Positions 10,221 through 22,799 of a stretch of DNA of 64,000 nt are shown in pieces; within the stretch, counting starts at the first letter, position 1, and each line of letters starts with the position of its first letter. The translations under genes were made by a program, and so were the position numbers. Source of the DNA: Mobula hypostoma (Eukaryota); contig NC_086097.1 of the NCBI RefSeq assembly GCF_963921235.1, positions 4,154,001 to 4,218,000 of the forward strand, in the 5' to 3' direction. Below the pieces are notes generated by a model. It was not told the origin of the DNA. It saw nothing but the letters and a program-made list of their open reading frames with translations, and did not search any database.

Positions 10221-13200
10221 ATGCAAACTGAATTGGTAAAAATAATTTCCTATAATGTTAATGGGGTTTTGAATCCAATTAAAAGAAATAAGATTATGTC
10301 TAAATTGAAAAAAGAGAGGGCACAAATAGCTTTCCTCCAGGAAACACATATGAGCCAATCTGAACTAAAAAGAATGGGCTTTAAGCATGTATTTTATTCA
10401 TCATATAAATTGAGTCACAAAAGAGGGGTAGCTACTTTAATATCAAGTACTCTTAATTATGAACATATTTCAGAGACTAGAGACAAAGAAGGACGGTTTG
10501 TAAAAATCACAGGAAGAATAGAAGGTACAGAAATAACATTGCTGAATGTTTATGCTCCTCCAGGTAGTGAATGGTCATTTTATAGACACATTTTTGACCT
10601 AATGGTCAGTTCTCGAGGGGTAGTAATTTGTGGAGGGGATTTTAATATTAGATTAAATCCTATATTAGATTCTTCAAGAATAGTTACTCAGAATAAACCT
10701 CTGACTCGGAAAGTGAATTCATTGATGGAGAAGTTGGGAATTATAGATGTCTGGAGGGAATTACACCCTACTAGTAAAGATTATACATATTACTCTTTCC
10801 CTCATTCAGCCTATTCAAGGATAGACTATTTCTTTATCTTTAATACAGATAGACTCAGGATAAAAAACTGTAATATTGCAACAATTGATCTGTCGGATCA
10901 TAGCCCAGTCTCTATGTCTCTAATCCTGGAAAGGAAAATGAGGAAAACACTATGGAGGCTAAACTCACATATACTCAATAACCCGAAAGTAATGGAGAGA
11001 TTAAGGGGAGAAATCAAAGAATATCTAGACCTTAATGACATGGGAGAAACATCACCAGTGATTTTATGGGATACATTGAAAGCTGTACTGAGAGGGAAAA
11101 TTATTTCCATTACTACTCACATGAAAAAAATCAATGCACAAAAATTAGCAGACCTTCAAGGAAAATTAAGACAACTTCAAGCTGTAGATAGCAACAAAAG
11201 TAATTCAAATCGAAAACAGGAAATTAGGAAATTGCAAAGTGAAATTGATGATATTTATACGTTAGAAACTCAAAGAAATTTTCTTTACCTGAGACAAAAG
11301 AATTATGAAGTAGGAGGTAAATCAGCTAGATTATTAGCATATAAATTACGAAAACAACAAGCAGACAATACAATTCATAAAATAAAGAATCCAAAGACAA
11401 AGCTTGTGGAGAGTACAATAGGGAAAATTCAAGAGAGTTTTGAAACATATTATCGAGAGCTGTACTCCCAACCCCGGGCCCCCAATGAGCCCTATATAGA
11501 CAGTGTATTGAATTTTTTAGATCTACCTAAACTTACAGATTTACAAAATGAAAGTTTATTAGAACCAGTAACTGTCAAAGAACTGAACGTGGCCATCTCT
11601 AGGTTAAAGGCTGGAAAGTCCCCGGGTTCTGATGGGTTTACCTCAGAGTGGTACAAGTCCCTGAAGACACAGTTAGCCCCATTACTACTTAACACCTTTA
11701 ATTGGATCTTGCAGAGAGGAGAAACTCCACCTTCCTGGAGAGAAGCGATTATTTCAGTTATTCCTAAAGAGGGTAAAGATAAACTAGAATGTGGCAATTA
11801 TCGGCCAATTAGTGTTCTTAATTTAGATTACAAACTATTTACATCTATATTAGCGCGCAGATTGGAAAAGCTTTTACCTGGCCTAATCCATTTAGACCAG
11901 ACTGGATTTATTCAACAAAGACAAACACAGGACAACATAAGGAGAACTCTGCACATATTAGAACAGGTTAATAAGAACGAGACAGAGACAATGGTAGTAG
12001 GATTGGACGCTGAGAAAGCTTTTGATTCGGTTAGTTGGGCATTCCTATACAGAGTGTTAGGAAGATTCGGCTTTCAAGAAAGGTTTATTAAAGTAATTCA
12101 GACTCTATATGACAGCCCTACAGCCCGAATTAAGATAAATGGGGACCTCTCTGACTCCTTCATTTTAGAGAGAGGCACTAGACAGGGATGCCCAATTTCT
12201 CCTCTCCTTTTTGCGCTATATATTGAACCACTTGCCCAACTAATAAGACAGAGCGAAATCGTAAAAGGTATCAAGGTGGCAGGGATTGAACAGAAAGTGG
12301 CGTTATTCGCAGATGATGTTTTGGTCTATCTGAGTGAACCAGAAAAATCATTTATAGGATTGTTTACACTGTTGGATGACTTTGGGAAAATATCAGGTTA
12401 TAAAATAAATGTAAAGAAAACGCAGGTTATGTCCCTAAATTATACACCATCCAAAAAATTGCAGGATACATACGATCTTAAGTGGGAAGCTAAATCATTA
12501 AAATATTTAGGAATAACCCTGCCGAAGGATCTTTCAACACTGTCACAGGTAAATTATGGGCCATTAATCTCAGAGATAAAAACAGATATGCATAGATGGA
12601 ATCTTATCCCCTTTTTAAGTTTAAATTCAAGGATAAATACTATAAAAATGAATATTCTTCCTCGGTTATTATATCTTTTCCGTACTTTACTAGTGGAGGT
12701 GGATGATAATCAATTCAGGGAATGGGACAAATGGATTTCCCGCTTCATTTGGCAAGGAAGGAAACCTAGAATTCGATATAACACCTTACAGTTAGGGAAG
12801 GAAGGAGGAGGTATGGTTCTTCCTTGCCTGACAAATTATTTTTATGCCTCACAGATAACCCCTCTGTTATATTGGTGTAATAGGGAATATAAGGCTAGAT
12901 GGAAGGAAATAGAATTTGGATTAGTTGACAGTTTTCCTCTTCAGGCCTCAATAGCTGACAAAGGATTGATGGCCCAGTTGGAAAAATTTAATAATGCTTG
13001 GATAAATCTTACATTAAAAGTATGGCAGAAGGTGGTTAATTCATGTGGAATTAATAACATGTTAAAGCTCTTTAGATGGTGTGCATATGATACCGAATTC
13101 CTTCCCAACAGAGGAGATAAAAGATTTGAGCTATGAATAAAGAAAGGTCTTACAACCTACCTCTCATTTATAGATAAAAGAGTATTACAAAGTTTCCAAA

Positions 13201-14000
13201 TCCTGCAGGACAAACATGGCCTAGAACATAATGACTTTTTTAGGTACCTTCAAATACAAAACTATGTTAACCAGAGTTGTAGATATACAGACCTATCAAC
13301 AGTAGAATTAGAATTTTTCAAGATTCTGAATTTGGCTTGCAGTTCAATACCTAGTAAATCAGTTTCTCGCCTATATAATGCACTCTCCCATGCTAAAAAT
13401 GTAAATACACTGTATATTAAAGAGAAGTGGGAGAAAGAAGCGGGGTTGGTACTTTCAGAGGAGGCTTGGGGGAAAATCTGCAGCTTTCAATGGTCCTCGA
13501 CTAATTCTTTGACTTGGAGAGAACATTGTTGGAAAAACATTATAAGATACTTCAAGACCCCATATCAGGAAAAATATAAAGATACAAATGTGATATGTTG
13601 GAGAAGGTGTGGCTCCAAGGAGGCAAATCATTTTCATATTTTCTGGGATTGCCCTAAATTAAGTCTATTTTGGGAAGGTATTCATAGAACATTAGTTAAG
13701 GTACTTAGGTCCCAGATACCTCTGAACTTTGAGACGCTCTATTTGGGGCATGTATTGTTCCTTGAACAGAAGGAAGATATAAAGTTGCTGCAGGCCCTCT
13801 TAGCGGCAAGTAAGAAATCAATCACTAGAAAATGGCTAAATCCAATACCACCTACATTCGAAGATTGGTACAAAATTATCTTGGAAATATTTAAAATGGA
13901 AAAGTTGACTTACTCCCTGAGAACTCAAAAAGAAACATTTTATCAAATCTGGAATAAATGGATTGAATATATAACCCCAATGCGAGCAGACTTTAGATGA
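10221..14000 (+). pseudogene. L1 ORF2p (EN-RT-CCHC) interrupted by a single TGA at 13134-13136
   Basis: ORFs 10221-13136 and 13332-14000 are in the same frame with open sequence between them. Motifs SYNVNG, LQETH, SRIDY, SDH, FADD, CWRRC..H..WDC. Confidence 0.93.
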
Positions 14001-14549
14001 CTCTCCCAATGATTTATATTGCTCTTCTCATCAACACAGTAATATTGCTAACGTAAGCACCCCAGTCTAAATGTTTGTTTCTTTTTGGAAAATAGAGAAT
14101 TAACACAAGTAAAGGGAAAGATTTGGGAAAGGGATAAAAAAAAATGAAAAAATTAAGTAAATAAGTACATAGGGATTGGATAATTATGTCTGCGGGCAGG
14201 AACAAGCACGAACAAATTGGGATATAAACACCTACAATGGTTGGTATATAGGCTTGTATGCAACATTTTGGACCAGTGGAAATGGTCCAGAAGGGTTGTA
14301 TGGAAACTTTGATTACCATTTTTCTTAACAACTAATTTCATTACTTAGCCTAATAGGTTAGATTTACCACAGTACATAATTATCTATTTATATGTTTATT
14401 TTCCTTTTATATCATCTCAATGTGTACTTAAGAATGTATAAATAATTGTAGTTTTATACATATAAAAAAATGGAAAAGGTTATATGTGTGAAAAAAGTAC
14501 ATGATAATTGTGAATTCCTTATCCAAATAAAAATAAAATTAAAAAAAAA

Positions 14550-15197
14550 GAAAGCGCGACAGTGCCTCTACTTCCTCAGGAGTTTGCGGAGGTTTGGCAT
14601 GTCATCGGAAACCTTGGCAAACTTCTATAGATGTATGGTGGAAAGTCTGCATTACAACCTGGTATTGGAACATCAATGCCTTTGAGTGGAAAATCCTACA
14701 AAAGGTAGTGGATTCAGCCCAGTGCAATATGGGTAAACTTCTCCCAAACATTGAGCACATCTACAGGAAATGTTGCTGTAGAAAGGTCCTCAAAGATCCT
14801 CACCTCCCAGGCAATGTTATTTTCTTGCTGCTGCCATTAGGTAGAAGGTACAAATACCCCAGGACTTGCACCACCAGGTTCAAAAACAGTTACAAGCCTT
14901 CAACCATCAGGCTCTTGAACAAAAGCAGACTTTGAACACTTATTTAAGGATGCAAACATGAGGAAATCTGCAAATGCTGGAATTTCAAGCAATACACATA
15001 AAAATTGCTGGTGAACGCAGCAGGCCAGGCAGCATCTATAGGAAGAGGTACAGTCAACGTTTCGAGCTCTTGATGTTTACAGTTTACACTTATTGTTCTA
15101 TAGATTAGCGAGGTATGCCTGCAGAAAAAGAATCTCTGGATTGTATGTGGTGACATATATGTACTCTGATAATAAATTTTACTTTGAACTTTGAACT
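14550..15197 (+). mobile_element. Rex1/Babar-like LINE 3' part and tail; contains a minus-strand Penelope terminal fragment (~14953-15067)
   Basis: KARQCLYFLRSLRRFG, TTRFKNSY; tail AATAAA..(TTTGAAC)n. Confidence 0.75.
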
Positions 15198-16935
15198 GGA
15201 GGCCGATGAGAGGCGGATTTCGAACCAAAGCTGCATAATATGGAAGCAAAACTGGCAATTTATTCATCAGGATCACTCTGTTCAGCACTGGCATCCTAAT
15301 GCCAATGGAAGGTGGAGTTCTTGTGCTTCTCTTGCATAACCGCTTCTGTATCTCTCATGGATGCTGTTACGAGTTTTTTGAGTTACATCAGATAAGCATC
15401 CGAGCCCCTCAAAGACTTCAAAGTACTCTTTCATGAGTATTGGGTGATCATCTTTGATCTGTGAAGCCACTACAAAGACTCTTTTCACCAGACTGAACTT
15501 TTCACATGGACGCAGACCTAATATTGGCTGTACTTGCTTTTCTACAACCATTCACTGTGTCTTTAGGTGCTGCCCCTTGTGCTTGAAGGTCACCACTATA
15601 CAGCCCCCTTTTACTGGAACATTCTCTCCAGTATAGCCTGTCACCTTTAACTGTACTGGGTAAATCTTGCTCTTTACTTTGAGAGTCTTGTAATCCTCTA
15701 TGGATAACAAATTCATCTGGGCTCTGGTGTCAAGCTTCAATAGAATTACTGTCTCATTCTCAGTCTCTGGAATAATCCATTTTGTTTTACCAGCTCCAGA
15801 AGTCTGTAGAGAATCCACACAGACTTCCTCAATTTCTTCACCAACAGGGTGCACCTTTCTCTTGGTAGCTGCAGCTTTGCAGCACTTTGCAAAATGATTC
15901 TTCTCCCAAATTATTGCAGGACATTCAATAAGCAGGACATGACTTTGGAATGTGATTACCTCCACGTTTGCTGCATTTGCTGTTTGAGCCTATCTCTTTG
16001 CTTTGCTGTTGATTTGGGAAATGATTTGTGCACAGCTCTTCTGTTTTACAGCATACACTGTTGTGTCTGTCCTGTGTAGCTCCTTGGCTTGTGCTCGTGT
16101 GGTCTCTTCTGCCCTACACATGTCCATAACCTTTTCCAGTGTCAAAACATTTTCATGGAGCAATTTTTCTCTGAGCCCATTATCTGGGTTTCCATGAACT
16201 ACTCTGTCTCTTACTAGTGAGTCTCTCAAACCTCCAAACTCACAGGACTTACTCAATGTGTGAGCCTCAGCTAAGTATTGGTCAAAGCTAACACCTTGTT
16301 TCTGATCCCAGGAAAAGAAATTATGTATTTACTTGGGACAGACTACTCCTCAAATTTTGTCATCTGTGTCCAATGTAAAAGCTATCTCATCAATTTGAAG
16401 GCTGTTATAGATGTCCAAAGCATCTTCGCCAATTACAGAAAAATAGACTGTTCCAATTTTTCATCAACAACCTCCCTTGCTCTGCCAGCCACTAAATATG
16501 TATTGAATTGCTGTTTGAAGTATTTCTAGTTATCAGTTAGATTGGTGGTAAACTACATAGGTGTGGGAGGACTTCGGTTATCCATGATGGGAATTCTTGT
16601 CCTCTCACCAGAATTTCTTGGTGGATTCGGTGACTGCTGAACTTTGGGAACATATGTTGTTTTGCCTCGCTGGCCAGCTTTTCCCGTCATTAGTATCATC
16701 AGTTGCAGACAGTATTCATTTACTGTCAATGTTTAGGCCTTACACTGACTTCTGGCACCATGTTATGTTTAATGAAACCAAATTTGGCACAGGTATTGCT
16801 AGAACTTTTAATTACTCAACAGTGTTCAACACTAAGCACGTGCAACCCGCTCACCATTGAAGCTTCTGGTTCTGGGTGAATCACTTGCATTGCCCACTAG
16901 GAACTAAAGTTCTTTTATTATGCAAGTACATAATA
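15198..16935 (-). mobile_element. Gypsy/Ty3 LTR retrotransposon remnant: 5' LTR (16761-16935), PBS, gag, protease
   Basis: CEFGGLRDSLVRDRVV (gag), degenerate Zn knuckle NHFAKCC, protease LKLDTRAQ (from DTGA). LTR termini TGTTATGT...ACATAATA. Confidence 0.82.
16748..16760 (-). promoter_or_regulatory. Primer-binding site TGGTGCCAGAAGT (tRNA-Leu-like)
   Basis: Directly follows the LTR end ...ACATAACA on the minus strand. Confidence 0.7.
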
Positions 16936-16949
16936 ACTGAGGTGGATCT

Positions 16950-17390
16950 CCATTTAATTTCTGTCCTCACCTTAAACCTGTGCCCTCCGGTTCTTGACAT
17001 CCCTACCTTGGGAAAAAGATTCTGATTACCTATCCTATCCATGTCCTTTATAATTTTATAAATCTCCATTAGGTCAGCTCTCTGAATGGGTTGGTGGAAA
17101 AGGAATTTGTTATTCTTGCCATCATAGGAATAGGCAAAGTATAAAAGTTGGGATGTCATGTTGCATTGGTACAAAATATTGGTTAGACTGCACTTGGGCT
17201 AATGTGTGCACTTCCTGCCACCATATTGCAGGAAAAAAGTGATAACACAGGAGAGAACTCAGGATAGATCAACCAGGATGCTGCCGAGAATGTAGGGTTG
17301 TAGGTACAAGGAGAGATTAGACAGGTTGGGCTTATTGTCTCTGGAACATAAGAGAAAGAGGGGATACCTTATGAAGATTTACAAAATTCT
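16950..17390. mobile_element. Degraded CR1 3' fragments in opposite orientations
   Basis: Minus piece DLMEIYKII..LFPKVGMSRTGGHRFKV; plus piece is a decayed 'LVRPHL' region. Confidence 0.6.
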
Positions 17391-18110
17391 AGATTCAAGA
17401 TTGTTTAATGTAATTTCCCGTACACAAGTTTAAGGAGAACAAAATAATTGTTACTCCTGATTCAATGCAGCACAAAAAATACAAAAGATAAAGCACACAA
17501 CAATAGTAATAATAAATACACAATAAATATAAATACACAGGATAGCTTATATATAAATAGATTGATTGTGTGTCCATAAAATGACGCTGGGTTGTACATA
17601 AGGTGACTGACAGGAAATAATAAAGGTGGAGTTAGTACATGGAGAGGTTGATCTGCCTTATTGCTTCAGCAAAATAACTGTTTTTGAGTCTGGTTATCCT
17701 CGTGTGGATGCTACATTGCTTCCTCCCTGATGTGAGTGGGACAAACACTCCATGAGCTGGGTGTGTGGGATCCTTCATGATGCTACTAGACCTTTTCCAG
17801 CACCTTTCTGTATATATGTCCATGGGGGGGATGGGGAGGGTAGTTTTGTAGAGTCTTCCTGTCTGCCACAGTGTAATTTTGCACCAAGCAGTGATGCAGC
17901 TTGTTAGGATGCTCCCTGCTGTGCAACTGTAGAATAAGGTGAGTATAGATGTGCAAAGTCCAGCTCTCTTGAGCCTCCTCAGAAAGCCAAAGTGTTGGTG
18001 AGCTTCCTTAGCTATGTAGGATGTGCTTTGGGACCATGAGAAGTTGTGCGAGATGTGCACTCCCAGGAATTTGAAACTGCTTGTCGTTTCCACTGCTGTG
18101 TCCCTGATGT
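17391..18110 (-). mobile_element. Rex1/Babar-like LINE 3' fragment
   Basis: ORF 17632-18093 SFKFLGVHIS..SILTSCITAW..DPTHPAH. Confidence 0.8.
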
Positions 18111-18559
18111 AAAGGGGGTGGGGTATGAAAAGGAGGAATTAGGAAGGACATAGGCAGTTTCGGTAGTCAGTAGTAACTTTTTCCCAAGGCTGGGGAGTTG
18201 AGAACCAGACAGCCGAGGTTAAAGGTGAAGGTGGATCTAAGGGGTACGTTTTTCACATATATCTGTAACGAGTATCCAGAGGATGTGTAGAGGCTGATAC
18301 AAATACAGTGTGTAAAAGGTGTTTGGAGTAGTATGTGGATAGGAAAGGCATAGGGCAAAATAACTGTTTTTGAGTCTGGTTATCCTCGTGTGGATGCTAC
18401 ACAGCTTCCTCCCTGATGTGAGTGGGACAAACACTCCATGAGCTGGGTGTGTGGGATCCTTCATGATGCTACTAGACCTTTTCCAGCACCTTTCTGTATA
18501 TATGTCCATGGGGGGGAGCAAATGGGATTAACACAGATAGGCATCAGGTGAACCGTAAA

Positions 18560-18860
18560 TCCCATTCCTGTGCTCTCCATTTCTAAGTTGATATTGACCT
18601 GCAAAGTGCTCAGATGGAAGGTGAGATGTTGTTTCTCAACTTGTGCTATGTCTTGTTTGAACATTGCAGGAGGCCACAGAGGAGAGATCAGACTGTGAGT
18701 GGGATATTGAATGATAGCAGCAGGCAACAGGCAACCAGCAGCTCTGGGTCACTCTTGTGGATAGAATGCAGCCTCTCCACTGAACTGCTGCCCAATTTGC
18801 ATTTAGTTTCTCGTTGCCCATTGTAGAGAGAGCCAAATAGTGAACGTTGAATACAGTGCA
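18560..18860 (-). mobile_element. Old Penelope GIY-YIG C-terminal remnant
   Basis: EKQHLTFHLSTLQ resembles EEQHLIFRLGSLQ of the adjacent Penelope. Confidence 0.55.
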
Positions 18861-18910
18861 CTAGATTAAAGAAGGTGCTCTGCTACCTAAACTAGCTTGT
18901 TTTCTCCCTT

Positions 18911-20779
18911 CTTGTTCAATCTCTTCCTACCTATGTTGGTGACACTTCTCACGCTCTTAGACTTTTCGATGATTTTAAGTTCCCTGGCCCCCACCACTTT
19001 ATTTTCACCATGGATGTCCAGTCCCTAAAGTCCAGTCCCAAAGCTCTCGGCTTCTTTTTGGATTCCAGACCTAACCAGTTCCCCTCTACTACCACTCTGC
19101 TCTGTCTAGTGGAATTAGTCCTTACCCTTAATAATTTCTCCTTTGGCTCCTCCCACTTCCTCCAAACTAAAGGTGTATCTATGGACACCCGTATGTGTCC
19201 TAGCTATGTCTGCCTTTTTGTTGGCTTTGTGGAACAATCTATGTTCCAAACCTATTCTGGTATCTGTCCCCCACTTTTCCTTCACTACATCGACGACTGT
19301 ATTGGCACTGCTTCCCGCACGCATGCTGAGCTCGTTGACTTCATTAACTTTGCCTCCAACTTTCACCCTGCCCTCAAGTTTACCTGGTCCATTTCCAACA
19401 CCTCCTTCCCCTTTCTAGATCTTTCTGTCTCTATCTCTGGAGACAGCTTATCTACTGATGTCTACTATAAGCCTACTGACTCTCACAGCTATCTGGACTA
19501 TTCCTCTTCTCACCCTGTCTCTTGCAAAAATGCCATCCCCTTCTCGCAATTCCTCCGTCTCTGCCGCATCTGCTCTCAGGATGAAGCTTTTCATTCTAGG
19601 ACGAGGGAGATGTCCTTTTTTAAAGAAAGGGGCTTCCCTTCCTCCACCATCAACTCTGCTCTCAAATGCACCTCCCCCATTTCACGCACATCTGCTCTCA
19701 CTTCATCCTCCCGCCACCCCACTAGGAATAGGGTTCCCCTTGTCCTCACCTACCACCCCACCAGCCTCCGGGTCCAACATATTATTCTCAGTAAATTCCG
19801 CCACCTCCAACGGGATCCCACCACTAAGCACATCTTTCACTCCCCCCCCCCCCGCTTTCTGCAGGGATCGCTCCCTACGCGACTGCCTTGTCCATTCGTT
19901 CCCCCCCCCATCCCTCCCCACCGATCTCCCTCCTGGCACTTATCCTTGTAAGCAGAACAAGTGCTACACATGCCCTTACACTTCCTCCTTTACAACCATT
20001 CAGGGCCCCAGACAGTCCTTCCAGGTGAGGTGACACTTCACCTGTGAGTCGGCTGGGGTGATATACTGCATCTGATGCTCCAGATGTGGCCTTCTATATA
20101 TTGGCGAGACCCGACGCAGACTGGGAGATCGTTTCGCTGAACACCTACGCTCTGTCCGCCAGAGAAAGCAGGATCTCCCAGTGGCCACACATTTTAATTC
20201 CATGTCCCATTCCCATCCTGATATGTCTATCCATGGCCTCCTCTACTGTAAAGATGAAGTCACACTCAGGTTGGAGGAACAACACCTTATATTCCGTCTG
20301 GGTAGCCTCCAACCTGATGGCATGAACATTGACTTCTCAAACTTCCACTAATGCCCCGCCTCCTCCTCGTACCCTATCTGTTATTTATTTATTTATATAC
20401 TCACATTCTTTCTCTCTCTCTCTCCTTTTACTCCCTCTGTCCCTCTCACTATACCCCTTACCCATCCTCTGGGCTTCCCCCTCCCCCTTTTCTTTCTCCC
20501 TAGGCCTCCTGTCCCATGATCCCCTCATATCCCTTTTGCCAATCAATTGGCTCCATCCCTCCCCCTCCTGTCTTCTCCTATCATTTTGGATCTCCCCCTC
20601 CTCCTCCCACTTTCAAATCTCTTACTAGCTCTTCCTTCTGTTCGTTCTGATGAAGGGTCTCGGCGCGAAATGTCGACTGTACCTCTTCCTAGAGATGCTG
20701 CCTGGCCTGCTGCGTTCACCAGCAACTTTGATGTGTGTTGCTTGAATTTCCAGCATCTGCAGAATTCCTCGTGTTTGCG
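18911..20779 (+). mobile_element. Penelope-like retroelement (RT + GIY-YIG endonuclease), 5' truncated and disrupted
   Basis: YIDD and FLDL RT motifs; VIYCI..C..C..YIGET..LGDRFAEH nuclease; 3' terminal repeat. Perfect 14-bp TSD TTGTTTTCTCCCTT at 18897-18910 and 20780-20793. Confidence 0.92.
20644..20678 (+). ncRNA. Minimal type-I hammerhead ribozyme motif in Penelope terminal repeat (some helix mismatches)
   Basis: CTGATGA-agggtctcggcgc-GAAA-tGTC-gac. Confidence 0.7.
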
Positions 20780-20845
20780 TTGTTTTCTCCCTTTCTCAGC
20801 ACTAACAAAGAGTCCTGGACTTGAAACATAAACTGCTTGGTTTTA

Positions 20846-21945
20846 AGAACATAAGAACATAAGAAATAGGAACAGGAGTTGGCCATCTGGCCCAGTGAGC
20901 CTGCTTCACCATTCAATAAGTTCATGGCTGATCTGGCCATCTCCACCTCTCTGCCTTTTCCCCATAACCCTTAATTCCCTTACTATGCAAAAATCTATCC
21001 AACCTTGTCTTAAATATATTTACTGAGGTAGCCTCCACTGCTTCATTGGGCAGAGAATTCCACAGATTCAACACTCTCTGGGAGAAGCAGCTCCTCATCT
21101 CCATCCTAAATCAACTCCCCTGAATTTAGAGGCTATGTACCCTAGTTCTAGTCAACTACCAGTGGAAACAACTTTCCTGCCTCTATCTTATCTATTCCTT
21201 ACGTAATTTTATATGTTTCTATAAGATCTCCTCTCATTCTTCTGAATTGCGGCTAGTACAGTCCCTCATAGTCTAACCCCCTCATTCTGGAATCAACCTG
21301 GTGAACCTCCTCTGCACTGCCTGCAAAGCCAGTATATACTCCTCAGGTAAGAAGAACCTGAGCTGCACGCAGTGCTCCAGGGGCAGCCTCACCAGTACCT
21401 TTTACAGTTGCAGCATAACCTCCCTGCTCGTAAATTCAATCCCTCTAGCAATGAATGCCAACATTCCATTTGCCTTCTTGATAGTCTGCTGTACCTGCAA
21501 ACCAACCTTGTGTGATTCATGCACAAACACTCCCAAGTCCCACGACATAGCACCATGCTGCAATTTTTTACCATTAAAATAATAATTCACTTTTCCTTCC
21601 AAAGTGGATGACCTCGCGTTTACCAACATTGTACTCCATATGTCAGACCCTTGCCCACTCACTTAACCTATCTATATCTCTCTGAAGACTCCTCGTATCT
21701 TCTACACAATTTCCTTTTCTGCTCAATTTAGTATCATCAGCAAACTTAGATGCAGTACACTCGGTCTCCTCTTTCAGATCATTAATGTATTTCGTGAACA
21801 GTTGCGGGCCCAGCACTGACCACTGTGACACACCACTCACCACTGATTGCCAACCAGAGTAACACCAATGTATTCCAACTCTCTGGTTTCTGTTAGTTAA
21901 CCAATCCTCTAATCATGCTAATACATCATCCCCAACTCTACGGGT
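20846..21945 (-). mobile_element. CR1 LINE 3' fragment, degraded
   Basis: (CATAAGAA)n tail; SKFADDTKL, KKANGMLAFIARG. Confidence 0.85.
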
Positions 21946-22241
21946 GCTATTTGACCTACTGAATGTTTCTGGCATTTTCTATTCTGTAGTTACTGTTGTT
22001 CGGAGTATATGAAATAAACAATATAAATGAACTTTTAATCCCCCTATATTTTGTTAAATGCTTCAAGGAATCATGTAAAGGTTCCATACCCATTCTTATT
22101 TCCGATAAAATGTGAATTTTTTAACTCTGTACTTATTGGTACAGTCAACAACTGAACGGATTGGGGATAAAAATCAAATATTTACCTAACAAGGAATCAA
22201 TACATTATCTGCAGTGAAATTACCAAAAGAGTGTCATGAGA

Positions 22242-22473
22242 CACAAAATGCTGGAGGAACTCAGCAGTCCAGGCAGCATCTATGCAAAAGAGTATAGTCG
22301 ACACTTTGGGCTGAGACCCTTCAGCAGGACAGTCCTGATGAAGGGTCTCAGCCCGAAACATCGACTATACTCTTTTCCATACACTATATTCTTTTCCATG
22401 CCTGACCTGCTGAGTTCCTCTAGCATTTTGTGTGTGTTGCTTGGATTTCCAACGTCTGCAGATTTTCTCTTTG
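22242..22473. mobile_element. Palindromic Penelope-derived mini-element with two opposed hammerhead motifs
   Basis: Inverted repeat centred at 22331; 14-bp TSD AGAGTGTC(A/T)TGAGA at 22228-22241 and 22474-22487. Confidence 0.85.
22331..22366 (+). ncRNA. Minimal hammerhead ribozyme with intact core
   Basis: agtc-CTGATGA-a-ggg(tctcag)ccc-GAAA-cATC-gact; helix I agtc/gact, helix II ggg/ccc. Confidence 0.75.
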
Positions 22474-22799
22474 AGAGTGTCTTGAGAATTATGTGTTTAA
22501 ATGGAATGTATACCAATGTATGTGATATTTTTGTAATGTACATTGAAAAAGAATCCTACTTAATTCAATTAAGAAGCAAAAGTTTCAGTTACCTGCAGCT
22601 GAGACAATTACAGGTATAGTGACATTGTTTTGTTATTGTAGTTATGTATTTGAAATGTGTAAAGGCCTATAATTTTTATTAAATCAGAAATATGTTTATT
22701 TCAACAAAAGCATTGTTAAAATATTAACCACTGATTAGTGTCAGTTATTAATATTAACAGTTAACCCACAATGATATTATTATTTATAATTTACAGAAA

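Larger units (their letters stand above)
8742..14549 (+). mobile_element. Full-length L1-clade LINE (~5.8 kb)
   Basis: ORF1, ORF2, 3' UTR, AATAAA and A-tail. 15-bp TSD GAAAGC(A/G)CGACAGTG at 8727-8741 and 14550-14564. Confidence 0.95.
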
